Origin: Antedon mediterranea
Taxonomy: Eukaryota; Animalia; Echinodermata
NCBI RefSeq assembly: GCF_964355755.1
Contig: NC_092679.1
Coordinates: forward strand, 10,275,432 to 10,339,431
Direction: 5' to 3'
DNA: 64,000 nucleotides
Made by a program: the position numbers and the translations under genes. Each line of letters begins with the position of its first letter. Position 1 is the stretch's first letter. Below are positions 12,797 to 24,810 of this stretch, piece by piece. The notes under the pieces were generated by a model that was not told the origin of the DNA, did no database searches, and worked only from the letters and a program-made list of their open reading frames with translations.

Positions 12797-14689
12797 TAGT
12801 GGTGTTAATTAATTCAATGGATTGATGTTTTCTACTTTTATTACACACAGTAAAGACACTGTATGGATTTATTTTTAGTTTTAAATATTGTTTTTGTAAA
12901 TGTTTTTCGCCTTCATGTCCAAGAGTTTAATATTAAACAAACTAGTATTTTGTATCATGGCTCCATTTTTAAGTTTGTATAAGTGTTTCAATATACTGCT
13001 TTAATATTTGTGCTGTGGTAAGCAGAAAACGTTGAGCTTTCTGTCTAGTATCTGTACTCGTGTTCCTAGCCGTTTTAAGGCCAATTTACACAGACGAGTG
13101 GTAACAGTAAGTGGAAAACAAAAATATAGAATCTTTGTTAAATGTTATTTCTTATGACCATTTACACTGAATGTGGAGCGGATGTGCAGTTGAGCAGAAA
13201 TCCACTCAATAGAAACGGATTATATTTTGTCAAAATATTGCACAGTCATTTTCACGCTGCTGCTCTAGCCCGCTACGTCCCATTAGGACTACTCAATCAG
13301 AAGCTAAAGCAAGCAGCAGTTATAGTTCTAAGGACAGACAGTTTTGTGAAAATGGAAACTCCACTATGATTTATTGATTCCAGCTGCTACAGTAGACCCA
13401 AAAAACGTCTGGGAAAGAGTCTATTAGGACATGTCATGCTAAAATTACAAATCCCTAAGCATTTCTGGTATATTCACTGTCAGATATTCATTGAATTATT
13501 ATCGAAACAGGCCATTAAAGTTTGTGTTTGTAATAGGATACTTCACAATTGAAATATCTAGGGTGATGAAGTGACCCCCAGATTTGACCTTAGCAATAAA
13601 ATTAACTAAAGTGACAGAAATTGAGTATTCACTTCTGTAACAAAAAAATAATATTTATTCACATATAAAAAAAGAAAAGAAACCCAAAAACCATTGTCTG
13701 ACAGACAATTTCAGTATTTGTTGCTTTAAATTACATTTTTTTCAGGTAAAATAACTATTATGTGACAATAAAATGACACATTCAAAACCAGTTGAAATAA
13801 AAAATATTTTTCAATAAGCGAGCAGCGTTTTTTGTAAGAAATATTTCTTGTTTATTCTGGCCAATCAACCTGATTATTGGGACGTCATCTATCAACAATT
13901 TGTTTGTGTGCGCCTGTTAAGTCCTAGATTTCAATGGTATCTAACCAGTTTTCAACCCAGTTTCCTGACTCCCAGTTTGCTGATAAAGAAAAATAAATGC
14001 ACTATGTAATTGTAAATTATAATCACAATTAGCAAATAAGACATATTCCCATTCATAGGATTTGTTTCAAGGCCACCAATTTTACTGAGACATCAACATT
14101 TTAAAGTCAAAAAATTATCCGGCAGTTGTTTTTAAATCCTTACGCCAAATTTATTCAGCTGAATCGTAATTTTCTTTTGAAAGGAAAGGCATAGTACTAC
14201 TTAATATAGTTCAGTAGCCCCTGTCCAGGTGCGGACGCAGGGTGTTACCCCAGTGAGGGCCTTAAAAATGGTTTTTTTTCTGCCACTAAATTAATATTTA
14301 GATCCCATTTCATTTTATTACATAGCCTATGTAAATACGTAAACGTGATTGGTTGAAACTGCATCACATGACTACCGCTTCGAGGATCGTAAATCGTATA
14401 TATGCTCGAGTACGATGATATTGACCCGAGTCATTTTCGTGTCCCTGTCATTAAACATATAATTTGTGTGTAATTTTCGTGTGGCGTTTGGCGATGACTT
14501 GACTTGAACTCACGATGATTTGCCACACCATCACAAGAAGACAACGTTTCATCCGTTGCGCCACGTAACTTGCTTGAAGAAATTAATCAACTAAACCATA
14601 TAGTCCGGGAGCCCATGAAGATTTGTTTAGCATTGCGAGTACAAAAGGTCTGAGGCATAGAATATGTCAAGTAGGGTCCAGGGACCATC

Positions 14690-15310
14690 AAACGGCCGTT
14701 CTTAAGTTCCCGCCCCTGTACCAACTCTAGGGAGGGGCGCTCAAAATACCCCAACATTTGATTTAATTAGCATAATCAAGTACATAAATGAAACCAATGT
14801 TAAAATGTTTATTTTTAGGGTCTAATTGAAGATCCGTCATTCTTAAGTGGGAGCTCCTGTACCTAGTCCACTTAAAAAAGCCACTAATTAGCGCTAATTA
14901 GCATGGTCGAGTACATCGATGAAACCTTGGGCAATACAATAAGTACATTTACCCAACTGAGAAAACGTAATTCTTAAGTGCCAAATCCTGTACCATGACC
15001 CCTTAAGGAAGGGTCAAAGGTCAATATATGTCTCACCTAGACTTAATTAACATAATGAGTACACCTGTAAAACCAATGCAAAAATGTTTATTTTTAGAGT
15101 CTAATTGAAGATCCGTCATTCTTAAGTGTCAACTCCTGTACCTAGTCCACTTAAGAAAGCCATTAATTAGCGCTAATTAACATTTTAATTAGCACAATCG
15201 AGTACATCAATAGAACCTTCGGCAATACAATAAGTACGTTTGCCCAACCAAGAAAACGTAATTCTTAAGTGCCAAATCCTGTACCATGACCCCTTAAGAA
15301 AGGGTCAAAA
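14690..15310. repeat. Internally duplicated repeat (~290-bp units), probable DNA-transposon subterminal region; inverted relative at 32030-32372
   Basis: Repeated blocks ttcttaagtgccaaatcctgtaccatgaccccttaag and gtctaattgaagatccgtcattcttaagtg. Confidence 0.65.
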
Positions 15311-16160
15311 AGTTTGTTTTCTGTTTAAAAAAAAACTTGATTATGCATACTGAAGAAAATTATAAAATATTTATTTTTAGTATCTTCCTTAAATGGCAAC
15401 TTCTGTCAACTAATTTCAGAAAGCTGGTAATTAGCATATTAATTAGCATGACTATATATGCTATAAACTTATATATACTTATAGACTTATTTAGCATTAA
15501 CGATAAAGATTCTAAGTTATGCTTTTAAAAGACGTAGATAGAGACCTTTGCCTTTTGAAAACGTTTATTAAAATTAGTAGTATTCTGTTAAGATTTAAGT
15601 AAACATAAAATAAATAAAAAATATTAAATTCCGGTACGTATCAATTCTGGCAAAAGAAATGACAATATGATAATTATGTCCAAATAGTTTCAAATTATGG
15701 ATTGTAGTAAAAGTTTAATACTACAAATCACATGCAAACTAATCAGAAGAGACTGCATTGTCAACGTCGTTATCATTCATCACATTTTCTTCTGGTCTGG
15801 CATCTGGGTTCCTTCATGTCATATCCACTTTCCAGATCCCAGCCGTTTGATATATGGGTGTTCACAAACATCAGCATTTTCACACATTTGTGTAACAAAA
15901 ATAGCTCGATTCTGCTTCACACAGTGGAATGGAACTGCTATTTACTGTTTTCAGCTTTTCCAATGGATTGTTTGATGATGATTTTGGTCTGTAAGATTTT
16001 TTAAAGATCTTCTATCTATGTTTGTTTAGTGTCAACTTGGTGTTTTACTTCTTGGATCTTTATAATGATAGCGATATTTTATGGATCTTGTGATTATTTT
16101 AACTTTGTACATATTTTTAGTTAGCTCTTCAAAAACTTGTTGGGTCTGGCCTTTCCTTTA

Positions 16161-16339
16161 AGCTTGGTTCCCACTAGAACGTAACGCAAGGACGTAAACG
16201 CAACGCAAGCGTTTTAACCAATGACAAGCAAAGTTATAGACAGTTAGCAATTACAAGCGAATAAGCCATCGCTTATGATTGGTCAATTCACTTGCGTTGC
16301 GTTACGTCCTTGTGTTGCCTCGCTAGTGGGAACCACGCT
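16161..16339. mobile_element. PIF/Harbinger-like MITE
   Basis: TIR AGC(T/G)TGGTTCCCACTAG, TTA on both flanks. Confidence 0.75.
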
Positions 16340-16479
16340 TTACGAAGACATGAACTGGGATAGTCACACCCGTAAAAGGCATGGAATCATGGTAGCGCGA
16401 CACACACATCTGATGTCAAAGTAACTCGTACATTGGTGTTGCTGATGTATCTACGGTTTTTTCCAACATCTAACCACGC

Positions 16480-17130
16480 TGATACATCAGGATGACTGCA
16501 ATATCAGTACCTGATGCCTCGTTTCACTCTTTACATCGCTGAGATGTTCACCGGACCGCGCTCCTCAAAATTAATTTTTCGTTACGCGGATGATATAGGC
16601 CTACCACTGTATGAAAACTCTTTTGACACCTTTAACACTAATTATACTGTAATAATGTTATCTCCTTGTCCCACTACTTTGCTCCTAATAAACTCTCCCT
16701 CAACCCAATCATAACATCTTATTTGGAGTTATAATAATGATGTGTCTATACTTAAAACTTTATTGAAAACCATGAAATCCCATCAGTTAAATCTATTTAA
16801 TTTCATTGGGTTATCATTAATAACAGCCTCTCATCATAGAAATTTTCTAAGAAAATAAGAAAAAAGTGTGTCTTGGAATCCCATCAAAGTTATCTTCCTT
16901 CCTCCACTCTAGTATTCTAAAAACCTATTATCCTTAACTCATCCTTCCTTATTTGAGCTATCGTAATATTGTCTTGGCCAACCCAACAAACATCCGTAAT
17001 TTCATATTCTGCAAAAATGCCCTATTATATATCTGGCGCCCATCCACTGTCGCATTACTCCCATTTATTTTTGATGGATGGATCTTCAGTTGTCTCTAAA
17101 TATAAACATTTTAGAATTGGTTTCACATTG
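16480..17130 (+). pseudogene. Highly decayed LINE reverse transcriptase fragment
   Basis: FTLYI...FRYADD motif at ~16580; multiple stops and frameshifts. Confidence 0.55.
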
Positions 17131-17727
17131 TGTTCTCACGGTCTAGCCATTTTGCCACCCGGCAAATTGCCACCAGGCCCTTTGCCGCCCAGCATTTACT
17201 TGGCCTTTAGCCACCCAGTCCTTTGCTACCCGGCCGCATGTGGCATATTGCCACCTTAGGCCTTTTGACACATGGGCCCTGCCATCCGGCCAATTGTCAC
17301 TACCGGCCATTTGACACCAGGCCTGTTGCCACTCGGCCATTTTCCACCCAGTCTGTGGCCATCGCTTAGTTTCCAACTGGCCTGTTGCCACCCGGCCTGC
17401 TCCAAACTGGTGTGCTTGCTACAAAGGCGCGTAGCGTCTGGGCGAATATATAATAGGTTTATACTTTTCCCCGCTCTCAGTACAATTATTTATGACTGGG
17501 GGAGCCAATTCATTAAACCATCTGAGATCCATCTGTGACATGACCAATGATGGTATACAAGATCGTGGGATTTAAATAAAATCTAATATCACGATATAGA
17601 GATAATTAGGCCCTATATTCTCATGCAGTGGATATGCTACTGATCAATGTTAATTAAACAGTTGTTTTTACGAATTGTTTTGTGACAGTCAATTGAAGAT
17701 TCTGTATATCATAGGCTTTTGTCCTCA

Positions 17728-18045
17728 TGAGTGAGTGGCCGAGCGGTTAAGACAGTGGAACCGTAATTCCGTAGCCATAACATCGGCAGGGGTTCGAGGC
17801 TCACTCACTCCATGGTTCTGGTGGTAGAACGAGTCTTCTCGGATAAGGACTATAAACCGTAGGTCCAGTGTACACATCTAGCTCGTGTGCACTTTAAAGA
17901 ACCTAGTACATCTTTCGAGACGAGTAGGGGTTACCCCGGTGTATTAGTACATCCCAGCCACTGATCACCAACTGGGCCCTCTGGGAGACCAGTCTTTGAC
18001 TGAAGAGGTTACCCAGTATAAATATATATTTCAATCAATTCAATC
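17728..18045 (+). mobile_element. tRNA-derived SINE with Deu/Nin-like central domain
   Basis: A box TGGCCGAGCGG and B box GGTTCGAGGC, then GGATAAGGACTATAAACCGTAGGTCC...TTAAAGAACC...GAGTAGGGGTTACCCCGGTG; (CAAT)n tail; truncated relative at 59830-59995. Confidence 0.75.
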
Positions 18046-18662
18046 AAAAAATCAGTAACGAAATTGTATACATTTATTTGGATAAAATACAAATTATGTG
18101 GTAAACAAGGTGGTCTACTTTATTTTTTGACACATGTGAGCCCGATAAACAAATACAAGAAAACAAGTATTGGTTATTAAATAATTTAAAGTCATCGTTG
18201 CAGCATGCACATAAAAGGAAAACATAAAAAAGGGACATTGGGATGCTCTGAAAAGGCCAAATTACATGTCTTAAAATCGTAATTGAAAACAAAATAGAGA
18301 GGGAGTGGAGGGAGGGAAGTGAAAATTATTTTACTTAGCCAAAAACTGGCGTGTTAATCTGTTGACAGCGTGAGGTGAGGAGGATGAGATGCTCACGCTG
18401 TCAAAAGATGATTGCGAGGGCGCCCCGCAATCACGTGATTTTGACACATGTGAGCCCGATAAACAAATACAAGGAAACAAGTATTGGTTGTAAAGTTATT
18501 TAATATGAATGGCAAGTCATCGTTGCAGCATGCACATAAAAGGAAAACATAAAAAAGGAACATTGGGATGCTCTGAAAGGGCCAACACAGTTGGCAACGA
18601 AGGGCCAACGAAGCAGCCCAAATTAAGTGCAGGTAGAACCGATGACAAGCCATTCAGATGAT

Positions 18663-19107
18663 GGTGCAACATATGTTGACACCCAGAACGTATAGAAATT
18701 ATCTACATAGTCTACCTGGAGCAACATGTGTTGACTCCAGTACCCGGTTGACCATTAGCGTCTGATAGGTGGAACAACCAAATATTGACATCGAAAAACG
18801 TATAGAAACACCTACATTAGTCTACCTGGAGCAACATGTGTTGACTCCAGTACATATTTAAACATTTTAATTAGGTAGGCAGTGTAACCAAATGTTGACA
18901 CCGAAAAACGTATAGAAACAATCTCCATTAGTCTGCCTGGGGCAACATGTGTTGACTCCAGTACGCGTTTGAGAATTGAGTTTAATAAACGGTGCAACCA
19001 TGTTGGCACCGAAAACATATAAATAACTTATTAGTCTACCTGGAGCAACGTGTTGACTCCGATTGAACATATGATTATAATTGGCGGTGCAACCTATGCT
19101 GTCACCG
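18663..19107. repeat. ~110-bp period tandem array of alternating bulged hairpins
   Basis: CTGGAGCAACATGTGTTGACTCCAG-type hairpins at 18716, 18826, 18937, 19040; GGTGCAAC-N-GTTGACACC-type at 18663, 18771, 18881, 18991, 19086. Confidence 0.9.
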
Positions 19108-19315
19108 AAAGAAAACAAAAATGAAATAAGTAAAAACGATATACAGAAAAAATAATTATCAAACTTTGTTTAAGCTTGACGCTTAATACCCAGTCATGCT
19201 TAGGAAATATGCCAACCAGCCAGCACCCATGTTTACAACGCTGTATTTGACAAAGTTATGTAGTTCGACCATCGTCCAAAAGTCATAATGTCTTGGTGAG
19301 AGTGTCCAAGTGATT

Positions 19316-20068
19316 TTATGAAGGTGTTAACTGTGTATGTTCCAGACTAGCATGGCGAGCTAATTGTTTAAGCGACAAGGAAAACATTTTCCTATTTACT
19401 GGTGTTCCATTTTCAAGCAGGAAGAACGGGCCTGCCTTCAGTGGTCGCATCTTGACGTAGCGTTGCAATGCTCTCACTGGGCATATATTGGGCTTCCGGA
19501 TTTTTTGGTGCAAGACGAAAGGAGGTGAGGAACGCTTAGAGTGTTTGAAAGATTTGAAGTTTATTTGCACTTTAGTGGCATGTACTGTGATATCAGTTAG
19601 CATTAGTGTGTGTTCTGCGGCCTTGTAGACTACTGCTTCACTGGCTCTGAGGCATGCGAAGTAACATATTATGAACAAGGCTCTGTAGAGGATGAATTCG
19701 TATTTGGATTTCATGCTACCTCGCATATGTCCAATTAGCGTTACAAGAATGTCGGAGGTGACCGGCGGTCTGATCGGTTTGGATGGAGAGTTCGTTTTTT
19801 GTTTCGCTACTCCTCTGCATAAAATGCTGACTGCTGGATTTGCGGTAGGGTCTTCCATAAATGATACCCTGTGCACGAATGACACTGCGCTAAGGTAGTT
19901 TCGAATCGTGGAAATCGCCAGTGCATTTTTAGTCAGCTTACTTACATAGAGAACAATTGTCTGTGGAGTCGCTGGTAGCGGAAGGGTTAGTGATTTCCTG
20001 AATTGGTTAAAATGGTGCCATTTGCTTTTATAGTTACTAGCGGTTCCTTTGCTTAATGAGTTCCACAT
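19316..20068 (-). pseudogene. Tyrosine recombinase (SAM-like N-domain + phage-integrase catalytic domain) of the DIRS/Ngaro element, 3' end disrupted
   Basis: STIRNYLSAVSFVH, FACLRASE (catalytic R), CPVRAL, GPFF. The HxxR box is lost; GRW and FVKY continue in other frames at ~19240-19310. Confidence 0.88.
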
Positions 20069-21560
20069 TAGCTCTCGTGTGAGGATCTTGAGTTGTTTAG
20101 TGGTTCGAAGTAGATTGGTTGTAAGTGCTTTGGTATCTTTAGCGGTGTGCGGTTCCTACTGTGCTCCTCTAGCATGGCCTCCGTTTCCTGAAAATGAGAA
20201 AGAGCGTCACATATCCTGTTTTGCTTACCAGGGATGTGCCTGGCTGTAAACTGAATGTTGTTTAGTAGTAACAAAAGAACGATAGCGCGAACCACTCTCA
20301 TGACCTTTTCGTTTGATGACGATTTTTTGTTAAGCACATATACATCAGCTAGGTTATCACAGTGGAAAACTACATGGGTGTTGGCTAGCTGTTTTGCAAA
20401 AATCGAATACATGACATAGATGGGCTAAATTTCGAGAACCATGATGTCGAACATTTTCCAAGATTCCGGCCAGCGGCCTTGAATCCAGAACTTTTGGAAG
20501 GTCGCACCAAGTGCGGTTTTTGAGGCATCAGAGGAGAAATGTAAACGCTGCGAGTCAAATTGTTATGGGGGTGAAAAATGGTAACGCCATTGTGTTTGCT
20601 AAGAAAGTCGGCCCAAATTTAGAGATCCTCCTTTGCTGAGTCAGAAAGGTGAATAGTTGAAAAGGGGTTAGTTAGACCGGCCGTTAGGGCATAAAGCCTT
20701 CTTAGAAACGCTAGTCCAGAGGGTATAACGCAGGTGGCAAATTGTAGCTTTTCAAAGAGATTGGAGGGCTCTCAATGTAGTTGAGTGAAGTGTGTGAGGA
20801 AGTTTTGAACTTCAAAGGGAGTAACGTAATTTTATTATCTCAGATGGAAGCCTGTCTTACATTTTCTGTAAATCAAGTTCAATACCTAGGAAAGAAATGG
20901 TGGTGGTGGGTGAAATTGTTTTGTGCGGTGCTAGAGGTATGCCAACGCGGTCAGCAAGCGCCTTGGATATCTTCAAGAAGTTTGCACACAGTTGGTGTGT
21001 GTCTTCAATGACGAGGATGTCGTCTAATATTTTCACGTTATTGGGCTGTTGTAACTTTTTTGTAAGGATATATTTCACTCCGTCAGAAAACTTATTGAAT
21101 ATTTGACACGAAGATCCGCCGCCTTGGGGAAGCGTTTTATCGTAGTAATACTGGCCTAACCACGTGAAACCTGTGAGGTGATATTGAGTGGGATGTAAAT
21201 GTATTAGTCTGTATGCGTCACTGGTGTCCGTCTTAGCCACGAATGCCGGGTGATTGTGTATGTCAATTATGCCTATTGCGTTGGCAATTGTTTCGTAATG
21301 AACTGTTATGCAAAACCCAGGGATGTTGTGATTGACAGCGTTTGAGTCGTAGGGATAGGAGAGGTTGTGGAGGATACGAAATTTTTCAGGTACGGAATTT
21401 CCGGAAGGTTGTTGATGATAGCTTGGGAGTTATTTGCTGTAAAAGCAGCCCCATGTAAGGTAGAAGCCATGAGCGAAACATTGGGTAAGCGTAAGCGTGG
21501 TGTTTGTAACCAGATAGAAGTGCGCTTATTCTAGTGGGAATTATGGGATCTCGAGCACTG
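20068..21560 (-). pseudogene. RT-RNase H (pol) of the DIRS/Ngaro element, fragmented
   Basis: KFRILHNLSYP, AKTDTSDAYRL, YYYDKTLPQG, KILDD, FLGIELD (RT); SSDAS, FHCDN, RHIPGKQNRICDALSH (RNase H); in-frame stops and frameshifts. Confidence 0.9.
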
Positions 21561-22152
21561 AAAAACGAGTGGCGATACTGACAGTTTGTCTGGACACATC
21601 TATTGAATCTCTTATGGTAGGAGATACAGAAGCCGAGTGGACGCTCCACGGTTGGATGGGTTCGAGGTTTATGGTTAGCTTGTTGCGTCTATTTTATGGA
21701 GGAGGTCGGTTCGAACCGATGACCAAGAGCAAAGTGTGTAGGCCTACTCCCTAGCCATTCGAAATTATCAGTCGTAAAAGTACCATTAATTTGGATGACT
21801 GCGCATGAGGTATTTAATATACTTAAAATAATTTAAGATGTCCTGTGTGTATTTACTTAAATAAAATTGTGGCAAAGTCGTGAAAGGCCGTGTGCCAGTT
21901 GTGTGCCAGTTGTGTTCGTTTAAGATGCGGCATTTGGGCTTAGGGCCTGTTTCTGCTGCAACTGCTCAAAATACGGTATAAAAATACGGTATAAAATACG
22001 GTATTTTTTATACCGTATTTTTTAGTACCCCGTTTCTGCTAACAATACTTCTTGGGTGGTCGTGTTAAATTTCATCTTTTTTACCCAAATTGCCATTCAT
22101 TTATTTGATCGATAATTAAAAGTCGCAATAAAGGAAGTTTTACGTCTCACTT

Positions 22153-22449
22153 TCAACAGCCTAGCCCTAGTGATAGAGATGTTGTGAGAGCACAGAAAAC
22201 ATCGTAATGGGGACAATTAATTCGTTCCCTCCCCGAGTTATTGTATTTTGCAATGTTGTACTGCTTTCGCAGGCTCTTCAGCTTTGAGTTTACTTGCTTT
22301 GGAGACAAGTCTATTCCATACTCCTGCTTTATTTTTTTAGAAATGTCTTTATAAATGTGGTTGTCCCTTTTATTACCTTTTAGTTGGCCAGACATTTTAG
22401 CTTCCCCACACAATTTATTTAGTAAAACTGTGACGTCTTCGCTCCACAT
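22153..22449 (-). pseudogene. Myb/SANT-like (trihelix) DNA-binding domain, Harbinger accessory-protein type
   Basis: WSEDVTVLL...IYKDISKKI...SPKQVNSKLKSLRKQY...CPHYD. Confidence 0.7.
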
Positions 22450-23031
22450 TTTCGCCGAATATATATATACACGTGTGTAAAACAGCTGACAGCGACAGAA
22501 AATAAAAATACGAATGTTGACCTTTTGTCATGTAACAAAAAAATACGGTATTTTTTATTGGCAGCAGAAACGGGTACAAAAAATACGGTATAAATTTGTA
22601 AATACCGTATTTTATCCACAAATTTTGTGGGGAAAATACGGTATACAAAATACGGTATATTTTTTATGAGCGCAGTTTCTGCTGCCAAAAATATACCGTA
22701 TATATACGGTATTCAAAAAATACCGTATAATATACGGTATTTAGTTGGCAGCAGAAACAGGGCCTTAGACACAAGTTCAAAGGTACCAGTGAACGTTAGC
22801 GTCAAAGCTTCCGCTGCGCTGTTGAAGTCGAGCAGATTGTGCAGCTCGATAAATTTGTGGATAAAATACGGTATTTACAAATTTATACCGTATTTTTTGT
22901 ACCCGTTTCTGCTGCCAATAAAAAATACCGTATTTTTTGTTTACATGACAAAAGGTCAACATTCGTATTTTTATTTTCTGTCGCTGTTGTCAGCTGCTTT
23001 ACACACGTGTATAAAGATATATTCGGCGAAA

Positions 23032-23329
23032 ATGTGGAGCGAAGACGTCACAGTTTTACTAAATAAATGTGTGTGGGGAAGCTAAAATGTCTGGCCAACT
23101 AAAAGGTAATAAAAGGGACAACCACATTTATAAAGACATTTCTAAAAAAATAAAGCAGGAGTATGGAATAAACTGGTCTCCAAAGCAAGTAAACTCAAAG
23201 CTGAAGAGCCTGCGAAAGCAGTACAACATTGCAAAATACAATAACTCGGGGAGGGAACGAATTAATTGTCCCCATTACGATGTTTTCTGTGCTCTCACAA
23301 CATCTCTATCACTAGGGCTAGGCTGTTGA
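23032..23329 (+). pseudogene. Inverted second copy of the Myb/SANT-like ORF (frameshifted near its 5' end)
   Basis: Reverse complement of 22153-22449 with few substitutions. Confidence 0.7.
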
Positions 23330-23365
23330 AAGTGAGACGTAAAACTTCTTTATTGCGACTTTTAA

Positions 23366-23991
23366 AGACCCCTTCCCTGCAATTTTGGACGTTTTTTGGA
23401 AAATAATACATATATATCACTTTAAAAACATTAAACCATGTCATTCCTTGTCTTAAATGTACGTTTTATGGTAAATTATGATAAAAAGTGAGAAACAATG
23501 CACTACCTAAGTAGCTCGCGGCGATCGACCTCTCGTGGACGGTCTCAGGCCTAGCCTAGCTAGGCTTAGTTTTGTAGGCCTAGCTGGTAAACATCGGTAA
23601 CGTACGAACATCGTACGCTAGCTATATACCTAGCCTGACGTTGTATAGTTGCTGCATTAATTGTCTTTCTATTTTTGCCAGACTCCGTTGATACAAATTG
23701 GGGAAAACCCGGTATTTTCGCTGAAAAGTTAGGAGTCTTCCATTTGTTTTGGCTTCACGATCGATCGAAAAGTGGGCGAATTACAGGTGAAAAACAACAA
23801 TATCAATCCGCGCGCAATGCATTTTGGGATTTATAGCGGGCCGCTATAATTATTAAAATCGATTTATTTTTCACATTTTTAACCGTTTAAAGACGAAAAA
23901 AGTTATCGCAATAGGACCATATAGTATTATTTTTACATTAAATATAGTTTGTGATCTTAAATTAGATCTAAAAAACGTAGGGAATGGGGCT
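23366..23991. mobile_element. TTAA-target non-autonomous DNA transposon (Kolobok-like AG..CT ends)
   Basis: TTAA|AGACCCCTTCCCT ... AGGGAATGGGGCT|TTAA. The mirrored arm at ~22115 shows the empty single-TTAA site. Confidence 0.85.
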
Positions 23992-24810
23992 TTAATTATC
24001 GATCAAATAAATGAATGGCAATTTGGGTAAAAAAAGATGAAATTTAACACGACCACCCAAGAAGTATTGTTAGCAGAAACGGGGTACTAAAAAATACGGT
24101 ATAAAAAATATCGTATTTTATACCGTATTTTTATACCGTATTTTAAGCAGTTGCAGCAGAAACAGGCCCTTAGTTGGCCGGACATTTTAGCTTCCCCATC
24201 CCCTCCTTCCCCACCCCCTCCTTCCCCATCCTCTTCTTCCCCATCCCCTCCCCCTCCTTCCCCACACAGATTTATATAGTAAATACTGTGACGTCTTCGC
24301 TCCACATTTTCGCCGAATATCTATACACGTGTGTAAAACAGCTGACAGCGACAGAAAATAAAAACACGATGTTGACCTCATGTCACCTCAAAAGTAAAAA
24401 AAAAATACGGTATTTTTTATTGGCAGCAGAAAAGGGTACAAAAAATACGGTATAAATTTGTAAATACCGTATTTTATCCACAAATTTTGTGGGGAAAATA
24501 CGGTATACAAAATACGGTAAATTAGGACACAACCAGACAACATAGTTACAGTAAAGTACGAAAAATCGAACAAAATGGGGGTAAGATAAGGTGTTAGATA
24601 AATTCCAGTCAAAGTATATTGTGTGAGTACACACAGCCTATAAGTGTATGAGGATAAAATGAACTGGTAAATGTAAAAGTGAAAATTATTTTACTTAGCC
24701 AAAAACTGGCGTGGTAATCTGTTGACAGCGTGAGGTGAAGAGGATGAGATGCTACCGAGATGCTCACGCTGTCAAAAGATGATTGCGAGGGCGCCCCGCA
24801 ATCACGTGAT

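Larger units (their letters stand above)
21943..24518. mobile_element. PIF/Harbinger-derived element carrying a Myb/SANT-like ORF, rearranged into a fold-back (arms 21943-22626 and 22850-24169) plus a third partial copy (24171-24518)
   Basis: TTA|GGGCCTGTTTCTGCTGC at 21943; matching inverted ends followed by TTA at 22764 and 24169; many ATACGGTAT subrepeats. Confidence 0.8.
18125..24810 (-). mobile_element. Tyrosine-recombinase retrotransposon (DIRS order, Ngaro/PAT-like split direct repeats), decayed
   Basis: Gag Zn-knuckle relic, RT, RNase H and YR in order on the - strand. Repeat A at 24677-24810 and 18317-18439; repeat B at 18440-18585 and 18125-18260, giving A1-ORFs-B1-A2-B2. Confidence 0.9.

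Noticed and set aside
15690-16130. Plus-strand ORFs 15697-16004
   Set aside because: No recognisable product. The minus strand shows only a faint transposase-like remnant (PLEKLK..SSIPLC..RAIFVTQM), too degraded to call.
17143-17538. Pro/Trp-rich ORFs (also 31827-32020)
   Set aside because: Degenerate ~15-bp tandem repeat (GCCTTTTGCCACCCG-like) of a dispersed repeat; no protein family signature.
18663-19107. CRISPR array interpretation of the hairpin array
   Set aside because: Eukaryotic context and no cas genes. The 'spacers' still resemble each other (ttga..att....t..ta), so they are diverged copies rather than acquired sequence.
24087-24455. Gly/Glu-, Pro- or Arg/Gly-rich ORFs
   Set aside because: Translations of a CCCCATCCCCTCCTT microsatellite inside a transposon fragment.
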